A stretch of 64,000 nt of DNA from Hormoscilla sp. Its GTDB lineage: Bacteria; Cyanobacteriota; Cyanobacteriia; Cyanobacteriales; Desertifilaceae. Both the position numbers and the translations under genes were made by a program. Shown one piece after another: positions 32,801 through 41,773 of the stretch (position 1 is the first letter of the stretch; each line of letters starts with the position of its first letter). The notes beneath the pieces are model-generated. The model saw only the letters and a list, made by a program, of their open reading frames with translations. It did not search any database and had not been told where the DNA came from. The stretch lies in the NCBI GenBank assembly GCA_051439505.1, contig JBFRWI010000160.1, positions 1 to 64,000 on the forward strand, read 5' to 3'.

Positions 32801-32928
32801 AGCTGTGTCAGATTGCGCAGTTGTCCAATTTCAGGTGGCAGCAAACTTAACCATTCCGATAAGTCAAGGGATGTTACCCTATCCTTGGCTGCTTTTTCAA
32901 TAATTCGGAGCAGTTCTTCGTTAGTCAT
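29851..32928 (-). CDS. Roco protein (LRR-Roc GTPase-COR)
   Basis: 23-aa LRRs; GEGGVGKT P-loop; TTHG; WDFGGQ..YHATHQFF; THID; COR region; WLCEHH C-terminus. Confidence 0.95.
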   Translation of the reverse strand: MTNEELLRIIEKAAKDRVTSLDLSEWLSLLPPEIGQLRNLTQLNLNGNKLTALPPEIGQLTNLTRLILWKNKLTALPPEIGQLHNLTQLYLSDNQLTALPPEIGQLHNLTQLNLSNNKLTALPPEIGQLHNLTQLNLRDNQLTALPPEIGQLRNLTQLYLYNNLLKALPPEIGQLCNLTQLNLHNNKLTALPPEIGQLRNLRRLDIKKNPNIYSTPKGLYLGHNPLTSPPPELLYQGIETVFAYLRSQLPAKQPQWVSKLIVVGEGGVGKTSLLRALRGEPFNPQESTTHGIAIRTLKFTHPTETLELTIPGKTKKLFGLFERKGRNRQEKQPVTMQLNAWDFGGQQIYHATHQFFLSNRSLFLLAWNARLGFEPSQLYYWLNTIKAVAPNSPILLVATHIDERSPDLPESDLRQQYPQIKGHCAISSRTGAGIDTLRQLIADTAAQMPLMGETWPLTWLNAAKAIRKHSREYITLGQLNYIMTAHKVSDDSQSVLAQWLHELGDILYFQDHPELQNIVILKPQWVTEQISKVLESQEVQHRSGIFTRPHMAQLWADIEPSISEHFLRLMERFDLSYRIRTEFETSDVSLVVERLPLSPPKYQDKWDAIKTRNNCNEMSVKWKMNTLPAGIPTWSIARQHRFSTGIHWRKGALLADEPTAPKHLALVQAFPHQHELQLIVRGANPQNFFALLKDGIEVTLARFPGLEIKRTIPCPCGDSQPCRHEFDYQQLEKRYEKNKHTIECPACLEDISVIKLLLGLDLNPTKDPPQPPLGRGETEDPPQPPLGRGGFHAPPFVRGAGGDLILSHIEQLTKGQHDILAMQIEMLKLIQREFTNAFRLEQEKIESHCPNIFVLRPQEASNWKRAIKGQKLQLQLYCQAPGCWHPTESGGDYEITVPAEWFRVMAPYLRKLVKLLKYAHPVAGLTLGYGNPEVYEKLLSQDRKYMQEIVANLPQLEGGENRERERGGMAEEFGPERIQGAPLRALRQLLDEKDPQQHWGGLRKVLTPEGHYLWLCEHHAQEYER
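30519..30630. mobile_element. GATC-bounded C/G-tract palindromic element inserted in frame (+108 nt, 36 aa) in the Roco gene
   Basis: GATC at both ends; removal restores NPTKDLILSH; related element at ~4764-4840. Confidence 0.88.
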
Positions 32929-33319
32929 CAGTAAACCTCACTGTAGATAAGTATGGTCTGTGCCTCACATCCCGACGGGCGATCCGATCGCATGGCCCCC
33001 GCCCCCGGGGTTTGGTCATCATCCATGATAGCGAACGGATGTGGGGTTAGGGGAGGTAGATGGGCTCACATGGGTATGATTTTAAGTTTCAGCTCTCTCG
33101 CGATAAGCTCCATTATACCCACGCTGCGCGAAAAATCGCGCGATGCCAGAAACACGGGTTATCCTCTCAATCCTGGTTTCTTATCCGCAACATTCCCCCC
33201 CCCGATCGGGAATAATACAAGCAATCTAATATCATCGGGCACGTTAATCTCATATAATCTGAAGATAAATTTTCACCCAGGTATATTATCAGATTCATGG
33301 TCCGATCGGGCGGAGTAGT

Positions 33320-33870
33320 TAGCCCGCTGAAGGTTCAAACACCATGTTGGCTTCGTTGTTAGCCCGCCGGGGGTTCAAACCCCCGGCTAATAGCTAAAGT
33401 CGGTTGAAACCGACTAGGAAAATTGTAGCATTGGGGGCGTGAGAGAAAGATCCATTGGGGGTGTGAGGAATTGATTTTTCCAGATCGCGCGATGCCATCA
33501 ACCCGGTTTATTATCCCCCGCCGCATTCCCCGATCGCGAATTAATACAATAAATATAATCATCGGGCATCTTAATCTCATCTAATCTCAAGATGAAGCCG
33601 CGATCGCACGGAACAGGTGGGCGGTGCCCACCTACAATCGATCGCGAAATATCAAAGCTTAACAAACAATGTTTTCAGTCGGTTTTAACCGACTTTAGCT
33701 ATTAGCCGGGGGTTTGAACCCCCGGCGGGCTAACAACGAAGCGAAAAGGGTATTTGAACCCCCGATGGGCTAACAACAAAGCCAAAAGGGTATGTATTTG
33801 ACCCCCCGATGGGCTAACAAAAAAGCCCGATCGCGAAACCTTTTGGTGGGCGGTGCCCACCCTACATTAT
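33320..33870. repeat. Repeat mosaic: inverted pair of double-hairpin repeats, ~40-bp tandem x3, GTAG REP hairpins
   Basis: TTTGAACCCCCG..GGGCTAACAA units at ~33713, ~33753 and ~33797; GGTGGGCGGTGCCCACC at ~33616 and ~33845. Confidence 0.8.
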
Positions 33871-33914
33871 AATAAATTATAGCATAACTGCGAATGGTAT
33901 TGATGATGTTTTTT

Positions 33915-34352
33915 CTACTCATTGGGAGGGGAGATTAATGTCAAGGCATTTTTGAGAATTTCTTTTTTATCGATCGCCTTTTCCAATTCAGCAGTTTCGT
34001 ATTGGCCTTCAGCCACTTCCAGAGAAGCATGATCTAAGGCCATAGGATAGGCAGTTTCTAGAACTTGCCGTAACTCTTCTGAACTGAGATAATACCCTTC
34101 CATCTGATAGCGCTTATTGCGCTGCTGAATTTCCCGAACGCTATTTCTAATATAGACATCCCAGGAACGAGTCGTGCGATTTTCTGCTTGCTGTTTAATC
34201 ATATATAGCAGCATAATATTAGCATAGCTGCGCAGACTATTAAATTTGTCGTCGCGACTCATTTCTTCCAGTTCTTCGACCAGCAGTAATGCCCCGGAGA
34301 CATCTCCTTGCAACAGTCGGTATTTGAGATTCAACAATTCTTCCATAACCAT
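33915..34352 (-). CDS. DUF29 family protein
   Basis: LVEELEEMSRDDK, IKQQAE.RTTRSW and AY..A...ASLE motifs. Confidence 0.85.
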   Translation of the reverse strand: MVMEELLNLKYRLLQGDVSGALLLVEELEEMSRDDKFNSLRSYANIMLLYMIKQQAENRTTRSWDVYIRNSVREIQQRNKRYQMEGYYLSSEELRQVLETAYPMALDHASLEVAEGQYETAELEKAIDKKEILKNALTLISPPNE

Positions 34353-34388
34353 TTCCCTCCCAGGCTATTGATAGTATTATCAAGAATG

Positions 34389-34676
34389 TCAAGGAATGAT
34401 AATTCCCTTGATTTGATCTTTTTCGACCAGCAGACTCGCCAGCATTCGCTGTTCTCCTATCCATTCGTCGAAATCTAATGTATGCTGAAATTCATCATTG
34501 TTAAATCGATGCAAAAACTCTGCTGTTGATAATTTATATTTAGCTTCAAATTCCTGGAGGCGCTTTTCCGTTTGCTGGATGCCCTCTTCGGTCGATCGCA
34601 ATGCCGCTGCCAGGGCCCCCTCGACCAGCGGTCTTAAACTACCTGGATACTTGGATCTTAGCTTCAGTTCTTCCAT
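34389..34676 (-). CDS. Putative antitoxin-like small protein; no cognate toxin seen
   Basis: RLQEFEAKY.LST.EF..F..D..EW motif typical of small TA-associated proteins. Confidence 0.6.
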   Translation of the reverse strand: MEELKLRSKYPGSLRPLVEGALAAALRSTEEGIQQTEKRLQEFEAKYKLSTAEFLHRFNNDEFQHTLDFDEWIGEQRMLASLLVEKDQIKGIIIP

Positions 34677-34908
34677 GTTCTCGAATGAATAATTACAACC
34701 AACGCTATCTGTATTTTAATTATAGCCCCATAGGTGAAGGTGGGCGGTGCCCACCCTACAATCGATCGCCTTCCAAGCTTAACAAACATTTTTTTTAGTC
34801 GGTTTTAACCGACTTTAGCCTCGTTACCTGGCTCCCGCCTGGTAACGCGGGGGTTTGAACGCCCGGCGGGCTAACAACGAAGCGAAAAGATCGGGCTAGC
34901 TGGATAAG

Positions 34909-37900
34909 TTAAGCGCTAAAGTATTTAGCAACAGGATGATAAGTGACGATCGCGGTAGTAGACTGTTCGGGATAAAGCTGTTCGCTTTCATCCATGTACA
35001 GGTTAATGCGATCGCTTCCCAAGAGGTCCAACTGCTTGTACTGGTCCTGCATATTCGGGCAGGCAGGATAGCCAAAACTATAGCGCGAACCGCGATAATG
35101 CTGCTGGAACATTTCCCGAATGTTATCGGGTTCTTCACTGCCAAACCCTAACTCGCAGCGAATTTTAGCATGCAACCATTCCGCGATCGCCTCAGCGGTC
35201 TGGACTGCCATGCCGTGGAAATAGAGATAATCAGTATAGAGGTCTTCAGCAAATAGCTTTTGGGCAAACTCCGTAGCAACTTCTCCCACAGTCACCCCAT
35301 GCATGGGCCAAACATCAACCCGCATCTTGCCATTTTCCACAGCTAACTCCTTCGGCAAAAAGAAATCTGCAATGCACATACGGCGCATCGACTTCTGCCG
35401 GGGAAACTCAAAGGTATAGATGGGTTGGGCATCCGAAGCAATGTATTGTCCGTCCACAACTGCCTGAGGATCGTAGACTAACAGGGAATTACCCTCTGCC
35501 AGACAGGGGAAATATCCGTAAACTGCCTGGGGATGCAACAGGTTTTGTTCGACGATCCGCTGCTTCCACTCCGAAAGGATCGGGTACACCTTCTCTTGCA
35601 GAAACTCATTGTACTCTTCCCGGGACTGGTCCTTCGGTTTGCGGAATTGCCATTGCCCTGCCATCAATGCTTGCAAGTCCATATACCAGAAGACCTCTTC
35701 CAGGGAGATATCCTCTGGTTGCAATACTTTCGTTCCCCAGAAAGGTGGCGTCGGACGTTCTATATCTACCGCCACTGCCTCGGAACGCCGGGTATCGATC
35801 TCTACAGGTGGGACATCCGCCTTACTCTCCTCTTTTGCCGGACTGGGAGTATCGGCGACCTTACCATTTCCCTTTCCGTTGCCATTTCCATTTCCATTTC
35901 CATTTTCATCGACTTCATCCAAAAATCCCTGGATGTCGTCCCAATTTCCTGCCCCTTTCGCGGGCATCAGTTTGTCCATGAAGTGCAAGTCAGAAAAAGC
36001 ATCCTTGCCGTAAATCACTTTCCCATTATAGGTGTTCTGGCAATCTTGATGGACGAACTTGGGCGTTAAGGCGGCACCCCCCAGAATCACTGGGACGGTG
36101 ATGCCCCGTTCGTTGAACACTTCCAAATTATCCTTCATAAAGGCGGTAGACTTCACCAGCAGGCCACTCATGGCGATACAATCTGCCTTATGTTCTTCGT
36201 AGGCGTTGATAATGTTATCCACGGGCTGTTTAATCCCCAGGTTGATCACCCTGTAGCCGTTATTGGAGAGGATGATATCCACCAGGTTCTTGCCGATATC
36301 GTGGACATCCCCTTTCACCGTGGCGATCACAAAGGTTCCTTTAGCATTATCCCCCGCTTCGTCCTTTTCCATGAAGGGTTCCAGATAGGCCACCGCTGCT
36401 TTCATGGTTTCCGCTGATTGTAACACGAAGGGCAGTTGCATTTGTCCCGAACCGAACAATTCTCCCACCACTTTCATCCCGTCCAGCAGGAAGATGTTGA
36501 TAATATCCAAGGGGGGATGTTTCTCTAGCGCTTTTGCCAACTGTTCGTCTAAACCGATGCGTTCCCCGTCGATGATGTGCTGCTTCAGCCGTTCTTCTAC
36601 TGGCAGGTTTTCGTCTACGCTGCGATCGCGCTTAGCGGTCTTGCCGGCGAACATGGTGGTCAGTTCTGCCAAGGGGTCGTAGGTGCAGATCTCCCCGTCA
36701 AATTCCCGCAGATCGTAGATTAACTTACGACAGACTTCTTGATGTTCGGGTTCAATTTTAGCCAGGGGCAAAATCTTGCTAGCGCTAACAATAGCACCAT
36801 CTAACCCTACTGCCATTGCTTCGTGCAGAAACATGGAATTCAACACGATCCGCGCTGCGGGGTTCAAGCCGAAGGACACGTTCGATACACCGAGTAAAAT
36901 ATGACACCCCGGCAACTCTTCCCGAATGCGCCGAATTGATTCTATCGTCGCTTTGCCGTTCTCCCGGTCCTCTTCAATTCCCGTAGAAACAGGTAAAGCA
37001 AGTGTATCAAAGAATATTTCGTTTGCGGAGATGCCGTATTCCACAGCTTGGTTGTAGGCCCGTTGCGCGATCTCGAATTTCTTGTCAGCAGTCCGGGCCA
37101 TACCATCTTCATCAATGGTGCCCACAACCACCCCAGCGCCATATTTCTTCGCCAGTTCCAAGACTTTCAAGAAACGCGGTTCCCCATCTTCATAGTTAGT
37201 AGAATTGAGGATGCATTTTCCCCCAGCAACCTTCAAACCCGCCTCCATCTTTTCCCATTCCGTCGAGTCCAGCATCAGAGGCAAAGTGACATTAGTGACG
37301 AGACGAGATGCCAATTCATGCATATCCCGTTCGCCGTCCCGTCCCACATAATCAACGTTCACATCCAGGACATGGGCACCTTCCTTGACCTGACTTTTGG
37401 CCAGGGAAACCAACCCATCCCAGTCTTCCGCATTTAACATATTGCGGCATTTTTTGGAACCGCTAGCATTCAGCCGTTCCCCCACAATCAGGAAAGAGTT
37501 ATCCTGCTCGTAAGCTTGGGTACTATAGATGGATGCCGCTGCTGGTTCAAACTGGGGATGGCGTGCTTTGGGCTTGAGGATAGCAGCAATTTCTGCTAAT
37601 TGTTGAATGTGGTCGGGGCGAGTGCCGCAACAACCGCCAATCACCTGGACGCCCCAATCTTCCACAAACTTGTGCAAGGCCATGCGCAATTCCATGGGCG
37701 TCAGTTTATAATGGGCATGGCCGCCGATGTTTTCCGGTAAACCCGCATTGGGGATACAGGACACCACAAAGGGGGAATGTTCGCACAGATATTTTATGTG
37801 GTCGGCCATCAAGTCTGGACCCGTGGCACAGTTGAGACCCATGATGTCAATGGGGTATGGTTGCATAATTGTCAAGGCCGCCTCAATTTCCGATCCCACC

Positions 37901-38523
37901 AGCATGGTGCCGAAATTTTCAATGGTGACCGAGACCATCAGGGGCAGGCGGGATCCTTTTTTCTCAAATACTTCCTCGACTGCATTCAACGCCGCTTTAA
38001 TTTGCAAGACATCTTGACAGGTTTCGATAATAAACAAGTCCGCACCGCCATCGTAGAGTCCTTCCGCCTGTTCCACGTAAGCAGTCCGGAGAGTATCAAA
38101 ATCAATATGTCCCAGGGTGGGCAGCTTCGTACCCGGTCCCATAGCCCCGGCCACAAAGCGGGGTTTTTCCGGGGTCGAGAATTCTGCTGTAGCTTTCTTT
38201 GCCAGTTCGGCGGCAGTTTTATTGAGATAATAGGCTTTATCTGCCAAGTCATATTCTGCCAGCACGATCGAGGTATTGCCGAAGGTATCGGTCTCGATCA
38301 CATCTGCACCCGCCGCCAGGAAGTCCCGATGCACCTTGGCGATCGCCTCTGGTTTAGTATGGACGAGGTACTCGTTACAGCCTTCGTACTCCGGGCCACC
38401 GAAGTCAGCGGCGGTCAGGTTTTGGGATTGGATGTTGGTTCCCATCGCCCCATCGAAGACGAGCACGGGGCGATCGGGACTGTGGAGGCGTTTCAAAAAG
38501 GGACTGTTCATGGATACTCCCAT
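34909..38523 (-). CDS. metH: Cobalamin-dependent methionine synthase
   Basis: [30 protein letters not shown] (B12-binding) and [10 protein letters not shown] motifs. Confidence 0.97.
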   Translation of the reverse strand: MGVSMNSPFLKRLHSPDRPVLVFDGAMGTNIQSQNLTAADFGGPEYEGCNEYLVHTKPEAIAKVHRDFLAAGADVIETDTFGNTSIVLAEYDLADKAYYLNKTAAELAKKATAEFSTPEKPRFVAGAMGPGTKLPTLGHIDFDTLRTAYVEQAEGLYDGGADLFIIETCQDVLQIKAALNAVEEVFEKKGSRLPLMVSVTIENFGTMLVGSEIEAALTIMQPYPIDIMGLNCATGPDLMADHIKYLCEHSPFVVSCIPNAGLPENIGGHAHYKLTPMELRMALHKFVEDWGVQVIGGCCGTRPDHIQQLAEIAAILKPKARHPQFEPAAASIYSTQAYEQDNSFLIVGERLNASGSKKCRNMLNAEDWDGLVSLAKSQVKEGAHVLDVNVDYVGRDGERDMHELASRLVTNVTLPLMLDSTEWEKMEAGLKVAGGKCILNSTNYEDGEPRFLKVLELAKKYGAGVVVGTIDEDGMARTADKKFEIAQRAYNQAVEYGISANEIFFDTLALPVSTGIEEDRENGKATIESIRRIREELPGCHILLGVSNVSFGLNPAARIVLNSMFLHEAMAVGLDGAIVSASKILPLAKIEPEHQEVCRKLIYDLREFDGEICTYDPLAELTTMFAGKTAKRDRSVDENLPVEERLKQHIIDGERIGLDEQLAKALEKHPPLDIINIFLLDGMKVVGELFGSGQMQLPFVLQSAETMKAAVAYLEPFMEKDEAGDNAKGTFVIATVKGDVHDIGKNLVDIILSNNGYRVINLGIKQPVDNIINAYEEHKADCIAMSGLLVKSTAFMKDNLEVFNERGITVPVILGGAALTPKFVHQDCQNTYNGKVIYGKDAFSDLHFMDKLMPAKGAGNWDDIQGFLDEVDENGNGNGNGNGKGNGKVADTPSPAKEESKADVPPVEIDTRRSEAVAVDIERPTPPFWGTKVLQPEDISLEEVFWYMDLQALMAGQWQFRKPKDQSREEYNEFLQEKVYPILSEWKQRIVEQNLLHPQAVYGYFPCLAEGNSLLVYDPQAVVDGQYIASDAQPIYTFEFPRQKSMRRMCIADFFLPKELAVENGKMRVDVWPMHGVTVGEVATEFAQKLFAEDLYTDYLYFHGMAVQTAEAIAEWLHAKIRCELGFGSEEPDNIREMFQQHYRGSRYSFGYPACPNMQDQYKQLDLLGSDRINLYMDESEQLYPEQSTTAIVTYHPVAKYFSA

Positions 38524-38586
38524 CTAAGATTAAATCATCTTTCAATTATAATATAATATAATTCTGCCAGATAGAGGAGCGATGCC

Positions 38587-38898
38587 ATGGAGTCTGTAAT
38601 GATGCCCGCATGTGTGAGACCCGCAGATAGTTCGGTCCTGCGAGAGCAACTGAAGCGAGAGATAACTTGGCCCAGACGGTTAACCGCGTGGCCGAGGAGC
38701 GAGAATCACGTGATTCTGACTCAAGAGGGGAAGGATGTGGCTGCTATCATTCATATAGAGTAATTTTGGCTGCTAGAGAGTGCGATCGAACAGTTGGAAG
38801 ACGAAATGGATAATGAAGCGATCCGTGCTGCTAGGGAAGAAACAGAAGCCGAACCCGCGATTAAATTGGCAGAACTGAAGAAAGAGCTTGGTTTATAA
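38587..38898 (+). pseudogene. Phd/YefM-type antitoxin pseudogene (frameshifts plus TAA at 38761)
   Basis: High DNA similarity to 38945..39307 and 39673..39981. Confidence 0.85.
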
Positions 38899-38944
38899 GG
38901 TGCTCACGTGACTTATACTTGGCGTTGAACAAAGGAGCAAGACA

Positions 38945-39307
38945 ATGGAGTCTGTAATGATGCCCGGATGGGTGACACCGGATACGAAGTGCGCGTCAGC
39001 GCCTTCTAGTTCGGTCCTGCGCCTGACCGCAACTGAAGCGAGAAATAACTTTGCCCAGACCGTTAACCGCGTGGCCTCCGGCGATCGGTCCGCGGACGGC
39101 CCGAAAAATCGACAAGTGATTTTGAGCCAAGACGGGAAGGACGTAGCAGCTATCATCCATATAGAGGAATTTTGGCTGCTAGAGAATTTGATCGAACAGT
39201 TGGAAGACGATTTTTATGCAGAGGAGGCTGAGAAAATTTTGGCCCAGACAAAACCTGAAGACTATATTCCCTATGAGCAAGTCAGAAAAGAACTCGGGTT
39301 GGAGTAA
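38945..39307 (+). CDS. Phd/YefM family antitoxin
   Basis: TATEARNNFAQTVNRV..VILSQDGKDVAAII..EEF; overlaps the toxin start (TAATG). Confidence 0.88.
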   Translation: MESVMMPGWVTPDTKCASAPSSSVLRLTATEARNNFAQTVNRVASGDRSADGPKNRQVILSQDGKDVAAIIHIEEFWLLENLIEQLEDDFYAEEAEKILAQTKPEDYIPYEQVRKELGLE

Positions 39308-39585
39308 TGGATGAAGATAATAATTACAGTATAATTTTCTCTCCCCAGGCTCGACGGTCGTTGAGATCCCTTCCCTCCAACATTCGACAACGCATCAATG
39401 CTCAAATTATGGCTTTGGCAGAGGATCCGCGTCCACCAGGAACTAGAGCAATGCAAGGTTCTAGTAAGGGGCTTTTGCGGCTGCGAGTGGGAGATTATCG
39501 GGTAATTTACCGAGTCGATGATGACCAGATTATGGTAGTGATTGTAAAAGTTGGACATCGCAGCAAAATATATCGCGGCAGATAA
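39307..39585 (+). CDS. RelE/ParE family toxin
   Basis: YSIIFSPQARRSL, PRPPG, LRLRVGDYRVIY and VGHRSKIY motifs. Confidence 0.92.
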   Translation: MDEDNNYSIIFSPQARRSLRSLPSNIRQRINAQIMALAEDPRPPGTRAMQGSSKGLLRLRVGDYRVIYRVDDDQIMVVIVKVGHRSKIYRGR

Positions 39586-39672
39586 TTATGTCCGCAAGGG
39601 GATCGCCTTTTGGCGGACAACCTGGCGCGTAGGCGATCGCATATAATTAAAGTTGAACAAAGGAGCAAGACA

Positions 39673-39981
39673 ATGGAACATGTAATGATGTCTGGATGCA
39701 TAAAACCGGAAGATAGTTCGGTCCTGCGCATGACCACAAAGGAAACGATAGATAACTTTGAGGAAACCCTTGACAGAGTGGCCGACGGCGAAAATCAAGT
39801 AATTTTGAACCAAGATGGCAAGGACGTAGCCGCGATCGTCAATATAGAGGAATATTTGCTGCTAGCGCGCGTGATGGAAAAGTTTTCAGATAGAATAGAT
39901 TTAGAAGCTATCCGTGCTGGTAAAAAAGAAGCCGCACCCAAGATTACCGTGGCAGAACTGAAGGAAGCACTCGGTTTATAA
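39673..39981 (+). CDS. Phd/YefM family antitoxin, orphan copy
   Basis: Paralog of 38945; AGGAG RBS; followed only by a GTGACTTAC stub. Confidence 0.85.
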   Translation: MEHVMMSGCIKPEDSSVLRMTTKETIDNFEETLDRVADGENQVILNQDGKDVAAIVNIEEYLLLARVMEKFSDRIDLEAIRAGKKEAAPKITVAELKEALGL

Positions 39982-40181
39982 GGTGCTAACGTGACTTACA
40001 CGAAAACAGGCGATCGCATCAAATTGTTGTACGGGATAATTTTTTATAGGTCGCAACTTGAGTTATATAGTAAAATGCTATTAGTCGGTTTTAACCGACT
40101 TTAGCCTCGTTCCCTGGCTCCGCCTGGGAACGCGGGGGTTTGAACCCCCGGCGGGATGACAACGTAGCGAAAGTATTTGAT

Positions 40182-40610
40182 ATGAAAGATTCCGGATTTA
40201 CCCGCATAACTACCGGTGCTGTGCGGTCCAATTTACTTGAGGTCACAACTGAAGTGATGGTACAAGGAACGCGATTTGTTTTACAGGAAGCAGGGACGGA
40301 TGTAGGGGCGATCGTCCCCGATCGGGAGTTCGACAAGCTATGTGACATAATGGAAGAACTCAAACCTTCCCAGTACAGTCCCGAAGAGGAAGAATATTAC
40401 GAGGACGATATCGCCATCCACTGCATGTACCCTGATGAGATCCTAGCCGCTTTTGATGATATTATGGCAGCAGTGCGGTACGAAAACGAAGTTTTTGGGA
40501 TCCTGCCGATCGAGAACATGGGAGGCAAAGATGTAGATATCTTTATGCCAGTAGCGATAATCATGTCGATCGATCGCTTCTGGGTGCCAGAATATTTGTT
40601 CGTCAAGTAG
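40182..40610 (+). CDS. Divergent Phd/YefM-like protein (possibly two units)
   Basis: ITTGAVRSNLLEV..RFVLQEAG.DVGAIV pattern echoed in the C-terminal half. Confidence 0.55.
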   Translation: MKDSGFTRITTGAVRSNLLEVTTEVMVQGTRFVLQEAGTDVGAIVPDREFDKLCDIMEELKPSQYSPEEEEYYEDDIAIHCMYPDEILAAFDDIMAAVRYENEVFGILPIENMGGKDVDIFMPVAIIMSIDRFWVPEYLFVK

Positions 40611-40629
40611 AGACAGGAGTTATTAACTA

Positions 40630-41298
40630 ATGACTGTGCTAACAGCAACCAAACCAGCGAGTACACAAGAGCAATTTACCTCAGAGTCCAGAGTCCTGTT
40701 AACAGGTGTCAGTTGGCAAACCTTTAAGGCATTGCTGGCAGAGATTGGAGAAGACCGGAATTGTAGAATTGCTTACGATCGAGGAACATTAGAGATTATG
40801 ACTCCCTATGCAGGACATGAAGAACCAGTAGCACTGATAGAACATTTTATCACAGCAGTTGCAGATCAACTCGGTATAGAAGTCAGACAACTCGGTTCTC
40901 TGACTCTGGAACGATCGGACTTAACCCGGATGGTAGAACCAGATACCTGCTTCTACATTCAGAATGAATCTTTGGTCAGAGGTAAGGCAGAAATAGACTT
41001 GAATATTGACCCGCCACCAGACCTGGTAGTGGAGTCGGACCACACAAATTCGTCCCTGAACAAATTTGAAATATACGCATCCCTAGGGGTTCCCGAACTC
41101 TGGAGATATCGCAGGTCAACCCTGCAAGTTGATCGACTGGTTGCGGGGAAATATGAACCTAGTGAATGCAGTTTGGCTTTTCCGTTCTTACCCATTACCG
41201 AAGTACCAGAATTTATCGCCCAAAGTAAAACAATTGGCCAGCGATCGGCAGTGCGGGCATTTCGCCAACGCATTCAAGCAATTTTAGGTGAGGATTAA
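40630..41298 (+). CDS. Uma2 / DUF820 family endonuclease
   Basis: VSWQTF, YDRGTLEIM, EPDTCFY, PPPDLVVE and LGVPELW motifs. Confidence 0.92.
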   Translation: MTVLTATKPASTQEQFTSESRVLLTGVSWQTFKALLAEIGEDRNCRIAYDRGTLEIMTPYAGHEEPVALIEHFITAVADQLGIEVRQLGSLTLERSDLTRMVEPDTCFYIQNESLVRGKAEIDLNIDPPPDLVVESDHTNSSLNKFEIYASLGVPELWRYRRSTLQVDRLVAGKYEPSECSLAFPFLPITEVPEFIAQSKTIGQRSAVRAFRQRIQAILGED

Positions 41299-41300
41299 AG

Positions 41301-41693
41301 ATGCAGTTAGAGGACTATTTCGACTTTCTAGGCCCGGATGACATTCGGGTTAAAGGAACGCGAGTTGGCATTGAGAGCATTCTCTATGAGTATATTCATC
41401 GCAAGCTATCGGCAGAGGAAATAGAACCGAAGTTTAGAACCGTAACTTTGGAGCAGGTTTATGCTACAATCCTCTATTACTTGCATAACCGGGAAGCTGT
41501 GGGTAAATACTTCGCGGACTGGTTGGAATGGAGTCATCAGCAGCACGCTACGCTAAGCTCAGGAAATGATCCCGATCGGGTAATTCTGCGGTTACGGGAA
41601 CGGATAGCGAAATACGGACGCGATCCCGAAGTACACAAAGCACTGCGTCGCCAACGGGAACTAGCAGCACCGGGAAACATCAACTTGCCTTAG
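41301..41693 (+). CDS. DUF433 family antitoxin
   Basis: MQLEDYFDF..DIRVKGTRVGIE..LEQVYATILYYLHN. Confidence 0.88.
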   Translation: MQLEDYFDFLGPDDIRVKGTRVGIESILYEYIHRKLSAEEIEPKFRTVTLEQVYATILYYLHNREAVGKYFADWLEWSHQQHATLSSGNDPDRVILRLRERIAKYGRDPEVHKALRRQRELAAPGNINLP

Positions 41694-41746
41694 CATCGGA
41701 AGATGATGAGTATCAAGACTATATCACTCATCTGCCCCTGCATTGA
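41690..41746 (+). pseudogene. C-terminal remnant of a DUF5615 PIN-like toxin
   Basis: Reads LASEDDEYQDYITHLPLH*, resembling the end of the usual DUF433 partner. Confidence 0.5.
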
Positions 41747-41773
41747 TAGCAAGTAAGGTGGGCAATGCTCACC

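Noticed and set aside
33713..33830. Three ~40-bp units resembling a mini-CRISPR
   Set aside because: Whole units are repeated with no unique spacers; derived from the dispersed double-hairpin repeat
35861..35910. [11 protein letters not shown] tract in MetH
   Set aside because: Low-complexity interdomain linker; no intein motifs
38524..38586. Cobalamin riboswitch upstream of metH
   Set aside because: Region is short and AT-rich with no B12 box
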